Below, in pieces: positions 25,387-38,400 of a DNA stretch of 64,000 bases; position 1 is the stretch's first letter, and each line of letters opens with the position of its first letter. Under the pieces are notes generated by a model. The model was not told where the DNA came from, searched no databases, and saw only the letters and a program-made list of their open reading frames with translations. Both the position numbers and the translations under genes were made by a program. Source of the DNA: Vitrella brassicaformis CCMP3155 (lineage: Eukaryota; Protista; Chromerida); assembly GCA_001179505.1 (NCBI GenBank), contig CDMY01000531.1:186001-250000 (forward strand), in the 5' to 3' direction.

Positions 25387-26250
25387 ATGTCGGTGGTGTT
25401 CTCGGAAGGTGCGTCACCATCACTGGTGACCATGGACGCCGATGTGCTCCTCTCCCTCTCCCAAGACCACCGCCACACACAGCAGCATCTCATCGAGGAG
25501 CTCACCAAGCAGCGTGATGAGTTGAGGGCTGAGCTGGATGACTACGAGCGACGGCTGGATGACGCCGAGCAGCGCGATCGAGATGCGGAGGCCCAGATCA
25601 CGGACCTCGAGGCCCAGCTGGCAGAGGAGAAGGCCTCGGTGACCCTGCACATGCAGCAGCGGGATGACTCCGACTACCGGCTGGAGAAGGCAGAGGCGCG
25701 CATCGAGGAGCTCGAGGCTCAGCTGGCTCAGCGCAAACAGACCGATCTCGGCCCGCTCGTCCCCCAGACCATCGTGTGGATGGGCGGCCTCTATCACGGG
25801 CAGGTCTTATTCGGCAAGCCTGACGGCCTTGGGGTGCTGCGGACTCTGGACGGCGACAAGAAGATCTACGAGGGAGGATGGAGCAACGGCCGGCTCTTCG
25901 GGCGGGGCCGCGTGGATTACCGCCTCACCATGCCGGACCGCTCAACATACAAGGGGGACACATTCGACGGCCTGCCGCACGGCCATGGCGTCTGCTACCA
26001 CTTCTCAGCCCCCGACAAGGTCGAGTACATCGGCGGGTGGGCCAACGGCGAGCGGCACGGCCAGGGGAGCGCCTACAGTCCGGTTGGCGGGTGGGAAGTG
26101 TTCCGGGGGGAGTTTGTGTGGGGGATGGCATACAAAGGGGTGTTCTTAAGTGACGGCATCCAGTACCCGTGGCGAGCCGGTCAGAGAATTCCTACCGGTG
26201 GCAAGCGGGAGATGTGGGGGGGTGTGCCTTCTTGGCTCCCGAACGTGTGA
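25387..26250 (+). CDS. Coiled-coil + MORN-repeat protein, intronless
   Basis: Single ORF with E/Q/L heptads, MORN units (YHGQVLFGKPDGLG, YEGGWSNG, YIGGWANGERHGQG) and the C-terminal WRAG motif. Confidence 0.88.
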   Translation: MSVVFSEGASPSLVTMDADVLLSLSQDHRHTQQHLIEELTKQRDELRAELDDYERRLDDAEQRDRDAEAQITDLEAQLAEEKASVTLHMQQRDDSDYRLEKAEARIEELEAQLAQRKQTDLGPLVPQTIVWMGGLYHGQVLFGKPDGLGVLRTLDGDKKIYEGGWSNGRLFGRGRVDYRLTMPDRSTYKGDTFDGLPHGHGVCYHFSAPDKVEYIGGWANGERHGQGSAYSPVGGWEVFRGEFVWGMAYKGVFLSDGIQYPWRAGQRIPTGGKREMWGGVPSWLPNV

Positions 26251-26908
26251 TTGCCCTCCCTGCGTGTGGATGGCCTTCATTGCGTCTCGGCCTTTTTTCC
26301 TGTATGTCATTGATTGATGTACCATGTGTGGACGTGGCGAGCATGCCGCTGCCGTCAGTCAGGTAACTCGTTTTTCCCTTGCTGTCTCTCCATGTGAGAG
26401 GGATTTGTGTAGGCAGGTGTCCGTATCTATCTAGTCGTGTGTGCGAAGCTTTATGCAGTGAGTGCAACAGGGGAAGGAAGGGATGTATGGCGTTTTTGCG
26501 TGTGGAGGGAGGGGGTGGGTGGCGAGTGTGTGCGCTTCTCTGACTTGAGAATGGCCTTCTGATGGTTGAGCATCCTGCCATTGACAGGTCGCATGCTCAC
26601 CCGTCAGAAAGGAGTTCGTCAAGACAGGCAGGCAGGCAACACACAACACAAACCATCAGGAACGAGACCAGACTTACAGTGTGTTATATCGCGGCGCGGA
26701 TGCAAGTGTGTGCTGCCACACTGTCCTGTGATCTCTTGTCAAGTCTTTCGTCTGTAAGAAGTGGATCATCGCATCTGTGTGCACCCTTGATCACGAACAC
26801 GAACCGTCCAATCATCGTCTGCTCGAACGAAAACGCTGTACACCTCGCTACAGCAGCCCCCTCCCTCCATGTGTGTCGCGTCAATCCACTGTCTGTCTGT
26901 CTGTCTGT

Positions 26909-29900
26909 CTAATCCAGGGCACACAGGTCGGCAAACGCGTCACCCAACCTCCCAGCCACCTGCATCACACACACAAACACGCGGCGCAATAAGACACGAG
27001 AGCAAAACATTTTGTCCGTTCGCCTGTCGGTGTTCTTTCTGTCAGCCTGCCTGCCTGCCTCACGAAGGCGCGCGAACTCACCTTTGCGCGCATCTCTCTG
27101 TTGGGAACCGCCTCGCGCAGCAGCCGCTTCATGTTGGCCTGCATCCTGTCTTCATCGACTGGAGACGAGAGGGGCTCGACACCCGCCTGTGTCTGTGTGC
27201 CGCGCTGTGTCGTGTGGGAGAGGTAAATGTCGGTGAGCGCGTCGAGGAGGTCCTCGTCCAGCGGGTAGGCGCTCGTCAGGTGCTTCAGGTGGCCGAAGTT
27301 GCCGCGCACAACCACCTGCACACACACACACACACACACACACAGGCGCAGAGACCATCCACACACACAGAGCACATGGCTGGCTGGCAATCAACCAATC
27401 GGCCGCCTTGCTGACCTGGTGGAAGATGGTTGCGGGCCAGACGGCATGCACCTCAGGGCCGATCAGATGCTCATAGGCCTACAGCAACACACACACACAC
27501 ACACACACAGACGGACGAACGGTGTGTGTTCCCCCTGCATCCATCGGTATGGGCAGGTAGGAAGGTACCTCAGCGACTGTGAGTGCGGCGATGAAGTCAG
27601 GGTGCACCGTGAGGAAGTCCTGCACCTCGTCATAGCTCAGATTCACCACTATCAGCGGATCGGGAGGCGGAACCTCATCAATGCGCGACGCGTCTTCCAC
27701 ATCGTGACCTGACACACATACACCCATCCATCCATCCATCCAACACACACACATGTATGCGCACCTGCCGCCGAGATGGCGTCGAGCTGCGACTCCGACA
27801 CGACCGATGACTCGTCGGTAAGGTGCCGCACGAACACGCCACATGACGAGGACGCGGCCGATGGTGACGGTAGTGCCCCCGCCCCCTGCAGGCTGCCAAA
27901 CGGTCTCACGGCCCTCCCCTTGAGACCCCCTCCACCTGCACCGCTTTCATCGGTGTTGGTGAGTGCGATTTGGATGGCCTTGAGCTGCAGGGCGATGAGA
28001 GCGGCCAGCCGGTTGGACACCAAATGCAGCTGGAAACGGTCGGAGGCCAGGAACTGCTCGGAGGCCTCCAGCATCAACTACAGGACGTCAACATCCACAC
28101 GCAACGGACAGGCAGTTGGATGGATGGATGGATGGATTGTCGAGGTGTGTGTGTACCTGTACCTGCATGGCGAGCATGAGAGTCTCCTCCCCCCTGGAGG
28201 AGTAGATCAGTGCCGCGTCCTGCGACACACTCGACAGCACACGAAGAGCCTCCCGCTGCAGCAGCTCCCTGCACACAACCACAGCCACAGCCACAGCCAC
28301 ACCCACCGCACTCACATTTCGTTTCTGTCTGTTGCCACGCCCCACCCACAATCTCATCTCACCCGAGAGCCGACGTGAGCCCCAGCTGCATGTGCACCCG
28401 CACCATGGTGGCCACATCTCTCGGCCGGTACCAGTGGAGGAAATCAACTACCGCCGCGCACAGCAGCGACGGCTCCTTGACGCTCTCACTCTCGCGTGAG
28501 TCCCTTCCGCCTGCCAGCCGCAGCAGCTGATTTAGCGGCTGCTCCGGTGAGGGGCTGTCGGTGTCTGATGCGTCGACGATCTGCTGGAGCATGTGTTGCA
28601 TGGAGGGGTACTCGGGGACTGCCGCCAGCAGCCGCAGAAGCAGATTGGGGCCACTGGCCGTGTAGTGGTGGCTGCGTTGCTCCAGCCACTGCAGCAGCTC
28701 CGTGATGGGCCTTTCGCAACACCCGCTGCACCCATGTGCAGTGCATAGAAACACACCATCCAGAAGTGAGCGCGAATGTCTGGTGGTCGATGGAGCACTC
28801 ACCCGACGTACGCCGTGTAGGCGAGTATGAGCAGCTCCACCTCACAGTCGAGCGGCAGACCGCCCCCCATGGCCTTGCCCGCCGCCTCGTCGCCCAGAGC
28901 CTTAGGCGACCCACACAGCGACACAAAGGCCTCCAGCCTCGATGGGCACCACCGCATGGCCTCGCCCGTTGAAGCGAAGTGCTCACACTGGCTGGACACA
29001 AAGCTGCACACCCACACAGACAGAGAGAGCGGGGAGAGAGATCTGGCATGTGGTGTGGTGTGGATGGTGCGGCGGATCTGCAGATGTGGGCCACTGACCG
29101 TCGCACGATGGTTGCCGCGTGTGTGTCGTTTGCTGACGGCTGGGGGTCGCACACGGCCATGAATGCGCGACACAGGGGGACCGCCTCGTCGTCAGCCGAC
29201 GGCAGCACTGCATGCCCCAGCAGCTGGTCCAGCAGGGCCGTGGGATTCTGACTCATAGCTTCCTACACACACACACACACACAGAGCGGTCAGGTACGCC
29301 CCTTGATGTGTGAGCTCGTCCTCTGTGTAAGTACCTGTACGTCGATCCCCAGCCTTGTGGCGACGTCCCCGTAGACCTGCAGCCGTCTGCAGAACGACCC
29401 AATCCGCTTGGAGCACTGAGATGCCAGCAAGGTGAGGGCCTTTCCGGAGTCGCGACCAAAATCCCCATCGCCCATTGCCTCCAGCGTCTGTGTGGTCCCG
29501 TCACTCCATCTCCCACAGGCGACCTCCAGCATGGCCTCGGCCAGCTCGATGTCCCTCGTGTCGGCCAGCTGGAACCGCCGCGCCAGCCGCCACGCCCAAC
29601 CGATCTGGTCTCTGTTGATCAGGTTGGCGATGGCCTGCTCCAGGTAGTAGGGCAGCGACCCGGCAGACGTCGCCGCTCCGTCGTCAGCAGTGTTGCGGTG
29701 GTGCTTGCTGTGGTCTTCCGGCCCGCGTGTTGCTGGGGGCCGTTTTGGCCTTGGTCGTGGTGGCGGTTGTGTGCTGCTTGTGTCGCTGGCGTCGTCGGCG
29801 TCATGGTTGTTGTCGTCTTCGGACATGGAGGGGGGCGAGGGGGGCACCACGAGCTGGTTGAAGGCTAGAGCGACCAGGCTGTCGGGCACCTGCATACCCG

Positions 29901-32396
29901 GAAACAGTGCATAGTAGTGCATTTAATCGATGTGTGTCTGTCTGTGTCGGTCAGGGTCACCATGGGCAGCAGGTGGCGGATGTTGGCATACGTCGGGTTG
30001 AGAGGCTCAAAGCTGAGGGATACAGAGAGAGAGAGAGAGAGAGAGGGACGATGTGGTCGCCTAATCGTGTGGCATCGCCCCACTCCCGCCCCACTCACTG
30101 ACCACAGGTCGCGCGCGACCTCAGCCGCCGAGCCAGCCAATATCAGCAACAGACGGTCCTATCAACACACACACAGCACTGCATCCAGCCGCTCACAACA
30201 TGCCTCGTCTCACCTCGATTTCCTGCCGCGGTATCTCATTGGTCCCCGCCGTGTCAGCACCTCCTCCAGCCGCACCTGCTGCAGCCGCCATCGGCCCCTC
30301 GCCACCCCGTACTGCGTCGTCTTTGCCTGCCCTGCGGCGCCCTTTCCTGCGACGGTGGTCGGGCGGTGCTGGCGGAGGGGATGGGGCCGTCTTGCCGGCC
30401 GGAGAGATGGCCGTGGACGTTGGGGGGGCGGCCATGGAGCCTTCGGGACACAACTCGGCTGCCACCGACAGCAGGAGGGCTTGCTCCCTGCCGCCAACCA
30501 ATGAGAGAAGGGTTTGGTCGCGCGTGAGTGAGTGTGTGTGTGGCAGGCCGACTGACCGTGCGTATAGGTCTTGTTCGAGTTTTGCTGTGAGGTCGAGGAA
30601 GAAGTTGGCTGCGAGGTGTTTGGGGTAGTTGTGGAGGAGGAAGAGGTTGTAGCACTTGTGCCACAGCTGCATCCGCTCGTCCAGCACCTCCCACCACACG
30701 CCCTGCCGGAACTCTACCAACAGACACGTCACCTGCACAATAAATGACACACAGACACACCACACCGGTGCGCATACGCCCAAATGGGCCCGTGTGTCGA
30801 TGCATGCCTCCTCAAAAGTGATGGAGTCCCCATTCATGTCAGTGGTCTTGGCCCAGCTGCGCGCCTCGCTGAACAGACGCTTCGACAACAGCAGCTGCAG
30901 AATCTCTGACGGCTTCGACCTGCATGGAAGTGGATGGACGTGTGAGCAGGTCTCGTTGTGCGTGTGTGACCAGGGTCTCCCACCTGAAGTCGACCTCGAG
31001 GTTGTTCTTCTGTGTGATGGTGAAGGCGAAGTGGAACAGCGAGTGCTGCGACGAGTAACCCGACTCGTGCAGCAAACGCAGCAGCTGGGGCCTGCCCGAA
31101 CAAGACACAAACCACTCACACACGGCCCCGTGTGCGTCCCGGGCACCCACCGTCGTGTGGGGAACTCGTCGATGAGGAACTGCACTGTGTCGTTGGCGAG
31201 CGCCACCACATGGGGGTCCATCGGCAGACACGACGTGGCAGCTGCGTCCTCTCCTTCTGCTGCTGGTGGTGGTGTTGCTGGGCCGTCTCGCCGCTTGACG
31301 AAGGCCATGAGGTGTCGCCGGCAGGCTGAGAAACGGCACTGCATGAAGGAGCTGGGACACAGCGAGAGAGGGACGCAGGTATGAGGACGGACGGTATTAA
31401 TGGTCTGTCTATTGCGGGATCGTTCACCGGTGAAAGAGGACGAAATGTACGAGTGCGCTCGTGGGGTCGAAGAACCGCAGCGCCCTGACGCACGCAGACA
31501 CAGGATATGTGGAACTGTGCTTGTGGGTGCATCCCGCCCGCCCAAAGCACATCAGTTCTCACTCACCTGAGGACGAGCCCGAACGACCCCTGCCGACAGA
31601 GGGAGGAGATCATAGACGACAGCTCGCTCGGCGACGACACCACAGCCAGCGACACTGGCCCCTGCTGGCCCCCATCACGGCCAACAACACCAGCACCGCT
31701 GTCGTCCTCACGGCCGCCCTTCTTCTGCTCGTCTTGACGCCACGCATCCTCTGAGGGATGGTGCATCAGACGGGGGCTTGTGGGGGGCTCTGGCTGCTGC
31801 TGCTGCTGCTGCTGTTGTTCCCCCTGCTGCTGCTGCTGGTGGTGGTGGTGGGCTCGTTGGTCTTGTGCTGCAGTGGACGTCTGAATGAAGAGCCAGGCTG
31901 CCATGCACTGGGCGGGGGTGACGTCGGCGAAGGCTGAGGCGAAGATGGCCAGACGGGGAGTGAGCGTGTTCAAGGCCTGACCATCATCACACGCAATCCA
32001 TCCATCCATCCGGATACTCTGCCTGTGTCACCTGCATGAGCAGCCTGGCCCCCGTGCCGCCCGCAGCCCCGCCCTTGCGGCACTCGAGCAGCAAATCCAC
32101 CACCGACGCATCGCTCCCGTCAGGAGACGACTCCTCCACCGTCGCGGATCGGCGGGACGACCGATCACCGTCTGACACTGTGTGTGCAGTCTTGTTGTGC
32201 TGCTCCTCCAGGATGGCGTTGGCGACGATCCGTAGGTGGCTCTGGAGCGGCCTGTCGGTGAAGTAGCCGTGGACGATGTCGAGGACGGTGTCGGGAGGGC
32301 ACTGCTGGAGGTCGCTCTCGTGCAGAAACATCACCCAGTCGTTGTTGCTGAGAGAGAGACAGAGACAGAGAGAGGGAGAGAGAGCGATCCACCTAC

Positions 32397-32427
<31 letters not shown>

Positions 32428-35400
32428 TGTGTGTGCAGCCATGCATACCGCGCCAGCTCGTGGAGAAGTGTCAGCGATCGCGGCAGCTGGTGCACCCTGC
32501 AGAATAGGGCCACGAGGTGCCACGGCGAGTCATACGTGAGGGCCGAGGCCGACGACGACGCGGCAGAGAGGTGGGGGTCCAGCGCCCAAGTCGCCTCCTC
32601 CAACATCCTACACACACATATATTCCCTCTCAAACACATGGATTGCCAGGTGGATCGACGGGCAAGCTGACCTCAGTGCCGTGAGCAGGTGTGGTGACGA
32701 GATGCCCGCCGACGATGCCGCCAAAGAGGGCTCCCCAATGGCCGCGGGGAAGGACAGGAACAGCTGGATGACGTTGGCCACACCGGCGCCCTCGATATTC
32801 ACAACCGACACTCCGCCACCACCAGCACCAGCCGCCCCTCCCTGTGTGTGCGACGCCGCGGCATGTGTGTGTGTCTGTTGGTTGAGCTGGTGCTGGTAGA
32901 TGCGCCGGGCCGACTGGACGTCCACGCGCAGCAGCTCGGTGTCGAGCGAACACAGCTCCAGCAGACACACTACAGATGAGACCACGCCCTCGTTGAGCAG
33001 GTTGTGCAGGGCCACGCTCAAGGCCACTCGCTGCAGCTCGCGGACAGTGGTGTCGTCCAACGCCTGTTCGCACCAACACCACACCCATGGTCGAGAATGC
33101 GCCCAATCCGTCGCTCCCATTCATCCATTTTACCAGTGGCAGGTTTCTAAGTGTGACGTCTTTCTGCCTTGCCGTCTGCCGATCCCGCCCCGTCAGCAGT
33201 AGATGGAAGGCCATCAGCGGCCTCCCCTGAGCCAGGTAGTAGCTCACCCCCAGGCCATCCCTGAAGGCCCCGTCGGGCGACGCCAGCATAGACGAGAACG
33301 CCTCCCCCCTCCGGGCCTCATGGTGCGTCTCCCTCTGCGTGAAGAGCTGTTTGAAGATGGGCAGTGGCTTCAGCAGCCGATGGACGTCGAGCGAGGCCAC
33401 GTCGGACAGCAGACGGAAGAGGCTGATGTCCTTCTTGTAGGTGCTGATGTCCTCACACAAGTGGGTTGCCAGCCAGGCGGTCGCGTCGTCCTTGACCGAG
33501 TGCACCCAAGACGGATCGGCCTTCGACGCTGCAGCCGGTGCCTCCTGCTGTTGTGCTTGGGGGGGTCTGTGTCTCCCTCTGACGCGTGGCGGGGGAGGGC
33601 GGGAGATGTCGCGGTGCTCCTCCAGCTGAGTCAATAGCCGCTGCTGCTGCTCGTGCACCACATCGATGAGGGACGACGTGAGCGGCGAGAGAGGGGCCTC
33701 TTTGCCATTTTGATGTTGCTGTGGGGCGTGCGGTGGCTCGTCTGGGAAGAATGCCTGCCAAAGGATGGGATACTGGCTCAACACTTGCCTGTCACGCACA
33801 CACACAGGGCTACATGCACCTGCATCTGTCTGTCTGGCAGGTGCACATGGGTACCTGAAGGCGTGTTCCGACACGTGCCATGGCAGCGCCTTGTCGGCCT
33901 TAAGAGCCTCGAGCCCCGAAGCCACGGGAGCCACCATGAGAGTTGCGAGGAACATCATGTCCCTGCCCCCCTCCCTGGCGATGGCATCAAGGTTCATGAA
34001 CTCCACCTGCTGCGCGTCCACACGCACCGACGGCACTGTCAAGGGTGGCTCAGATACAGTAGGCTCCTCCCCTTCGCCCACAAACACAGAGACACGTCAT
34101 TACTTGTGCCGATGTGTCTGTGTCTCCATTGCCGCTCACCCGTCGCCGTCACGTCTTCCTTGATGTGCGCCGCGGCATGATGCAGAGACACAGCGAACAA
34201 GGAGCGGTTGCCGAGCCGCCCGATCATGAGCAGGGCGGCCCATGCCTTGCGCGAGAGGTCGATGGCGAGTCTGTTGAGGTCGTCGAGCGAGGTGGCCAGC
34301 TGGTAGTGCTGCAGGTACAGCACGAGGACCGAGGCCAGGTCGTGCTCGATGCACAGGGAGATGACGAAGCGGTGCAGGGGGGAGGGGGCGCCGCGGGGGA
34401 GCAGGGGGTCCAGGTCGAGACACGTGCCTGAACACACGCGCACACATAGATTGGTTTGCTTGTGCATTGGGCATCCATCCCTCACCGACCTTTCTTGACG
34501 CCCGTCGTCACGGCAGCTCTCTCCTTCTCCCCTGCACTTTCACTCACGGCCTTGCGCACACGCACCCTCTCCCTCTCCCTCTCTGCCCCTCTCTCGCCAA
34601 AGCCCCGGTACAGGTGCCTGCTCTTGGCCAGCCGCCTGAGCAGCGCCGGGAAGCCCTGCACGTCCGACGCGCAGAAGATGCCGATGTTGGCCAGCTCCTG
34701 CAGCAGGATCTCTGCGAGGAACGGCGTGCACCGGGGGAGGGCGGCGGTCTCCACGTGGTTGAGCAGCCGCAGCAGAGGGTGGCTGGGGCCGATTTCGGCC
34801 GACACGATGCCGTGCTCGTCAACCTGGCACCAACAGATACACAACCGATGTGGCGATCTCTGGCTCTCTGTCTGTCTGTCTGTCTGTCTGGCTGACTTTG
34901 CATCCTGCCAGCGGCAGCCTGGCGACCCACTGGACGATTCCCCGCCAGTCGTGGTGTGCGACGGAGAAGTCCAGGAAGTCACGCAGCATCGTCATGTCCG
35001 AAGATGCTGACGGCGACACACTGGGCAGGGAGACCCGTGCCGACACAGCAACCGTGGTGGCATCCACAGCAACCTCCTGCACAGGCGACAACAACAAGGC
35101 GAAGTATGTTTCGTGATTTGCCGCCCGCTCCTCACTCATCCACTCACCGTATCGTCCTTTCCCCTGGGCACGGCAGCGGCCAGCCCCTCGTTGTCGGCGT
35201 CAGCGAGAGTGAAGTGCCGCTTCTCCATCAGAATCCTCCTGCAGGTGGCGGCCGGCCACTCGGCCACCCACGCGAGCGTCACGTGGAGGTACCCCAGGTG
35301 CGCCGGCTGGTGTGGGGGGATGGGGCGGTGTCGGTGCAGGCGGATGACACTGCCGAGTGGCGACCCACCGCCCAGCTCGATCTCGTTGGTGGCGTCGATG

Positions 35401-38400
35401 CGGCACTGGTGACACACACCACTGCAAAACCGACAAAGAGTCGTTCGCTTGAGGCGCAGTGGATTGATGATGTCTCGCTCACCGGTTGGCGGCCATGGTC
35501 TGTGCGGTGTCGTCCCCCAGCATGAAGTCGCCTTCAATTCCAACGGCCATGCCGCTCATGGGGCTGCCCCCGCCGCCGGACTCCTTGGACGAGGAGGGCG
35601 ACCCTCCGGCTCCTCCCGCCGCGGCGTGCTCGATGCCGGCGGTGTTGTGAGTGGACGTGAAGGCCTTAAGACCGAAAAGAGGCGTCGGGTCGAGGTCGTC
35701 GACATCGCCGCACGTCAGCCAATGCCACGCCTGTACCACGATCACGACACATGGAGAGGCTGTGGTGTGTGTGTGTGTGTGTGTTTGCTGCCAGGCGGCA
35801 CGTACCTCTAGTGCCTCGGGTGGTGGGTGTGGGAGGTTTTGTGGGTTGGACCAGAAGTCCTGCGCCTTGTCGTACTGTATCGGCACCACACCGCCGCCAA
35901 CACCCACACCCATGCTCATGCTCATGCTCCCATCCGGCAGCAGCTCCTCACCGCTGGCCGCCATGCTGCCGTCACCCAGCAATGGCGGCGACACCACCCA
36001 ATCGTAAAGAGGGTTCGCCTCACGCGCATGACGACCTGAGAAACCAAAAGCAAGAACACTGCTGATGTGTGAGCTGCTCAGAGAGAGGTCTGTGTTGTGT
36101 CTATGGAGTGTACCACCGAGAGTGAGGTCGGTCTGCAGTGCGGGGGCGACGCCCTGCTTGACGTCCCCGCCCACCGCACCATCACACGCAAGGCCCACAC
36201 GAAGGGCGCTCTCGCCACCGGCAGGCCACGTCAGGAAGGCCGGCACCGTTGGCAAAGGCTGCATTCAGCCATCCATCCATCCATCCACAAGGCTGTTCTT
36301 TTGGCCCCGTCTCACCTTCTTGGGGTACTTGGTGGTGGTAAGCGCAGTCCACAGTCTGTTGTACTCGGCGGTGAAGCACGGGTTGGGGTACTCCGACTCC
36401 AGCTTGGTGACCATCTCGATGAGCTGCAGCTCCTGTCCACTCAGCCGCCGCATGTGTCTGAGGTGGTTGAGGAGCCGGCGGCGGACGAGCCGCTTGGAGG
36501 TGTGGAAGGCCACGGCCTTGAAGAAGAGGTTGACGTTGGCGCCCACGTTGCGGAGCATGTGGACGGCGACGAACATGAAGTCGACCTGCTGGTTGCACGT
36601 CAGCTGGTAGGCCATACGGCCCGCCACGTGGCGCAGGTGGTCAAACATGGCCGCGTCAGAGGGCAGCGCCTTAACAAAACAAAACGAAACACACACACAC
36701 ACGGATGGATGGACGGTGTGTCTCGCCTCTGTCTATGTGTGTGTGTGTGTACCTGTTGCTCTCTTTCGCTGATTTCTCTGCGCCGGTGGAACCACACGAG
36801 AGCCGACGACACCCTGCCGGTGAGCAGCGCCTCCCGAATCACCACCTCCTTGTCACAGCTCTCCGGCCACATCTCCCGCCTCACCGACACACGCAGACCA
36901 CCCTCTCCCTCACCCACCGCCGCAGCAGGCGACAAAGACACGCCGACGGCCTCCCCCTCTGTTGGCGCCTGAGGGGGCGTCTGGTGGACAATGAGCTGGT
37001 GCGCCTCGGCGTCGGGCAGCGTGGCAATGAGCTGCTGCTGGAGGCTCCTAAGCGACTGCAAGTACTGCGTCAGCTCCTGCAGCTCGTGCATGAGCATCGC
37101 CTGCGGCCTCGACGCGTGCTGCGGCTGCAGGTAGGTCAGCGCCGTGCACGCCTCGGGGTGGCCCTCTATCGCCCGAACACGGCTGTGGATGAGCCGGCTG
37201 ACGAACCGCACAGCCAGGTCCAGCAGACGAGACGCGAAGCTCTTGTCGAGGGTCATGGTTGGGTGAGGGTGCGCGGGCGTGGGTGTGGGTGTGTGTGGCA
37301 GTGGGGCTGGTGGGGGCGACGGCGTGAGGGAGAGGGGCGGCTGCAGCTGGTCGCACGAGTAGCCGTTGTCGATGTAGCGGACGATGAGGCGAGTGGCGGC
37401 CATCTCGTGGTCGGGGCGGAGGATCCCCAGACTCTGCTGCACCGTCGTCAACTCGCGAAACTTCAGACCTGACAAGAGAAACGGCAAATGATGACATGCA
37501 GAGCTTCTTTCTCTGCGTTGTGTAGTGTAAGTCGCTGACCGAGGAACAGGGTCAGAGCGCACAGCTGCGTGGCGTCCCACTGGTTGAGGGCACACAGGGC
37601 CGCCGCCCGCCCCCGGCTCTCAAACGCCAGGAGGTTCGACAAGATTGCCTGGGCGCTCTGCCCATGCACCGGCACCTTCAGCTCGCTCCTCCCCAGCACA
37701 TAGTAGGTCCCCGATGCCGTCACCAGGCCCCTCCATCCTTCACCCAGCCACAATACCATCGGCTTCGTCCACTCGTCCAGCCCTCGCTCAGAGGACACGT
37801 GGTGCACCCCGCCGCCCCGCCCGGCAGCTCGCCTCGGGATCAGACTCAGGCCGATGGGGCCGCTGTCGGCCTCGTTCCTGCCCATCTCTGCCACCAGATG
37901 AGTGCTCGTCAGGTGCACCCTCACCAAAAGTGGTCTCTGCTGCTGCTGCTGCTGCTGCTGCGCGAGCGGCGAGCTGGCGTCAGAAGGGCATGGTGAGAGC
38001 TGTGCAGATGGGGGCGACTGCTGCTGCTGCTGCTTGTCCGATGCGGGTATCGGTTGTGGTGGTAGTGGGGTGGGTGTGGCGGGGAGGGGGAGGGAGGGGA
38101 GGATGAAGCGCGTGAGCCAGGGGGGATAGGGGCATGGCCGGCCGTGCCGACCGGCCGCAGCCTGCCGCTCAATGGCCACCTGCATGAGACATGCATAGGG
38201 AAAGGTCAGCACCTCCTTCCCACATCTATTTTACCTGCAGCTCGGCGTTAAGGGCGTCGTCGCATGTGGCTGGCTTTGTGGCACAGGGGGCGATGAAGCC
38301 ATTCGGGCGAGGGAAGATCTGTACACACACACACAAGGCACAAACTCATGGCTTCCGTCCACATCATCGACGAACACACTTACCCGCAGTCTGCTTCGCC

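Noticed and set aside
31780-31860. CAG/poly-Q and (GT)n, (GATG)n, (GACA)n tracts throughout
   Set aside because: They are ubiquitous background in the exons and introns of this window and not locus-specific.
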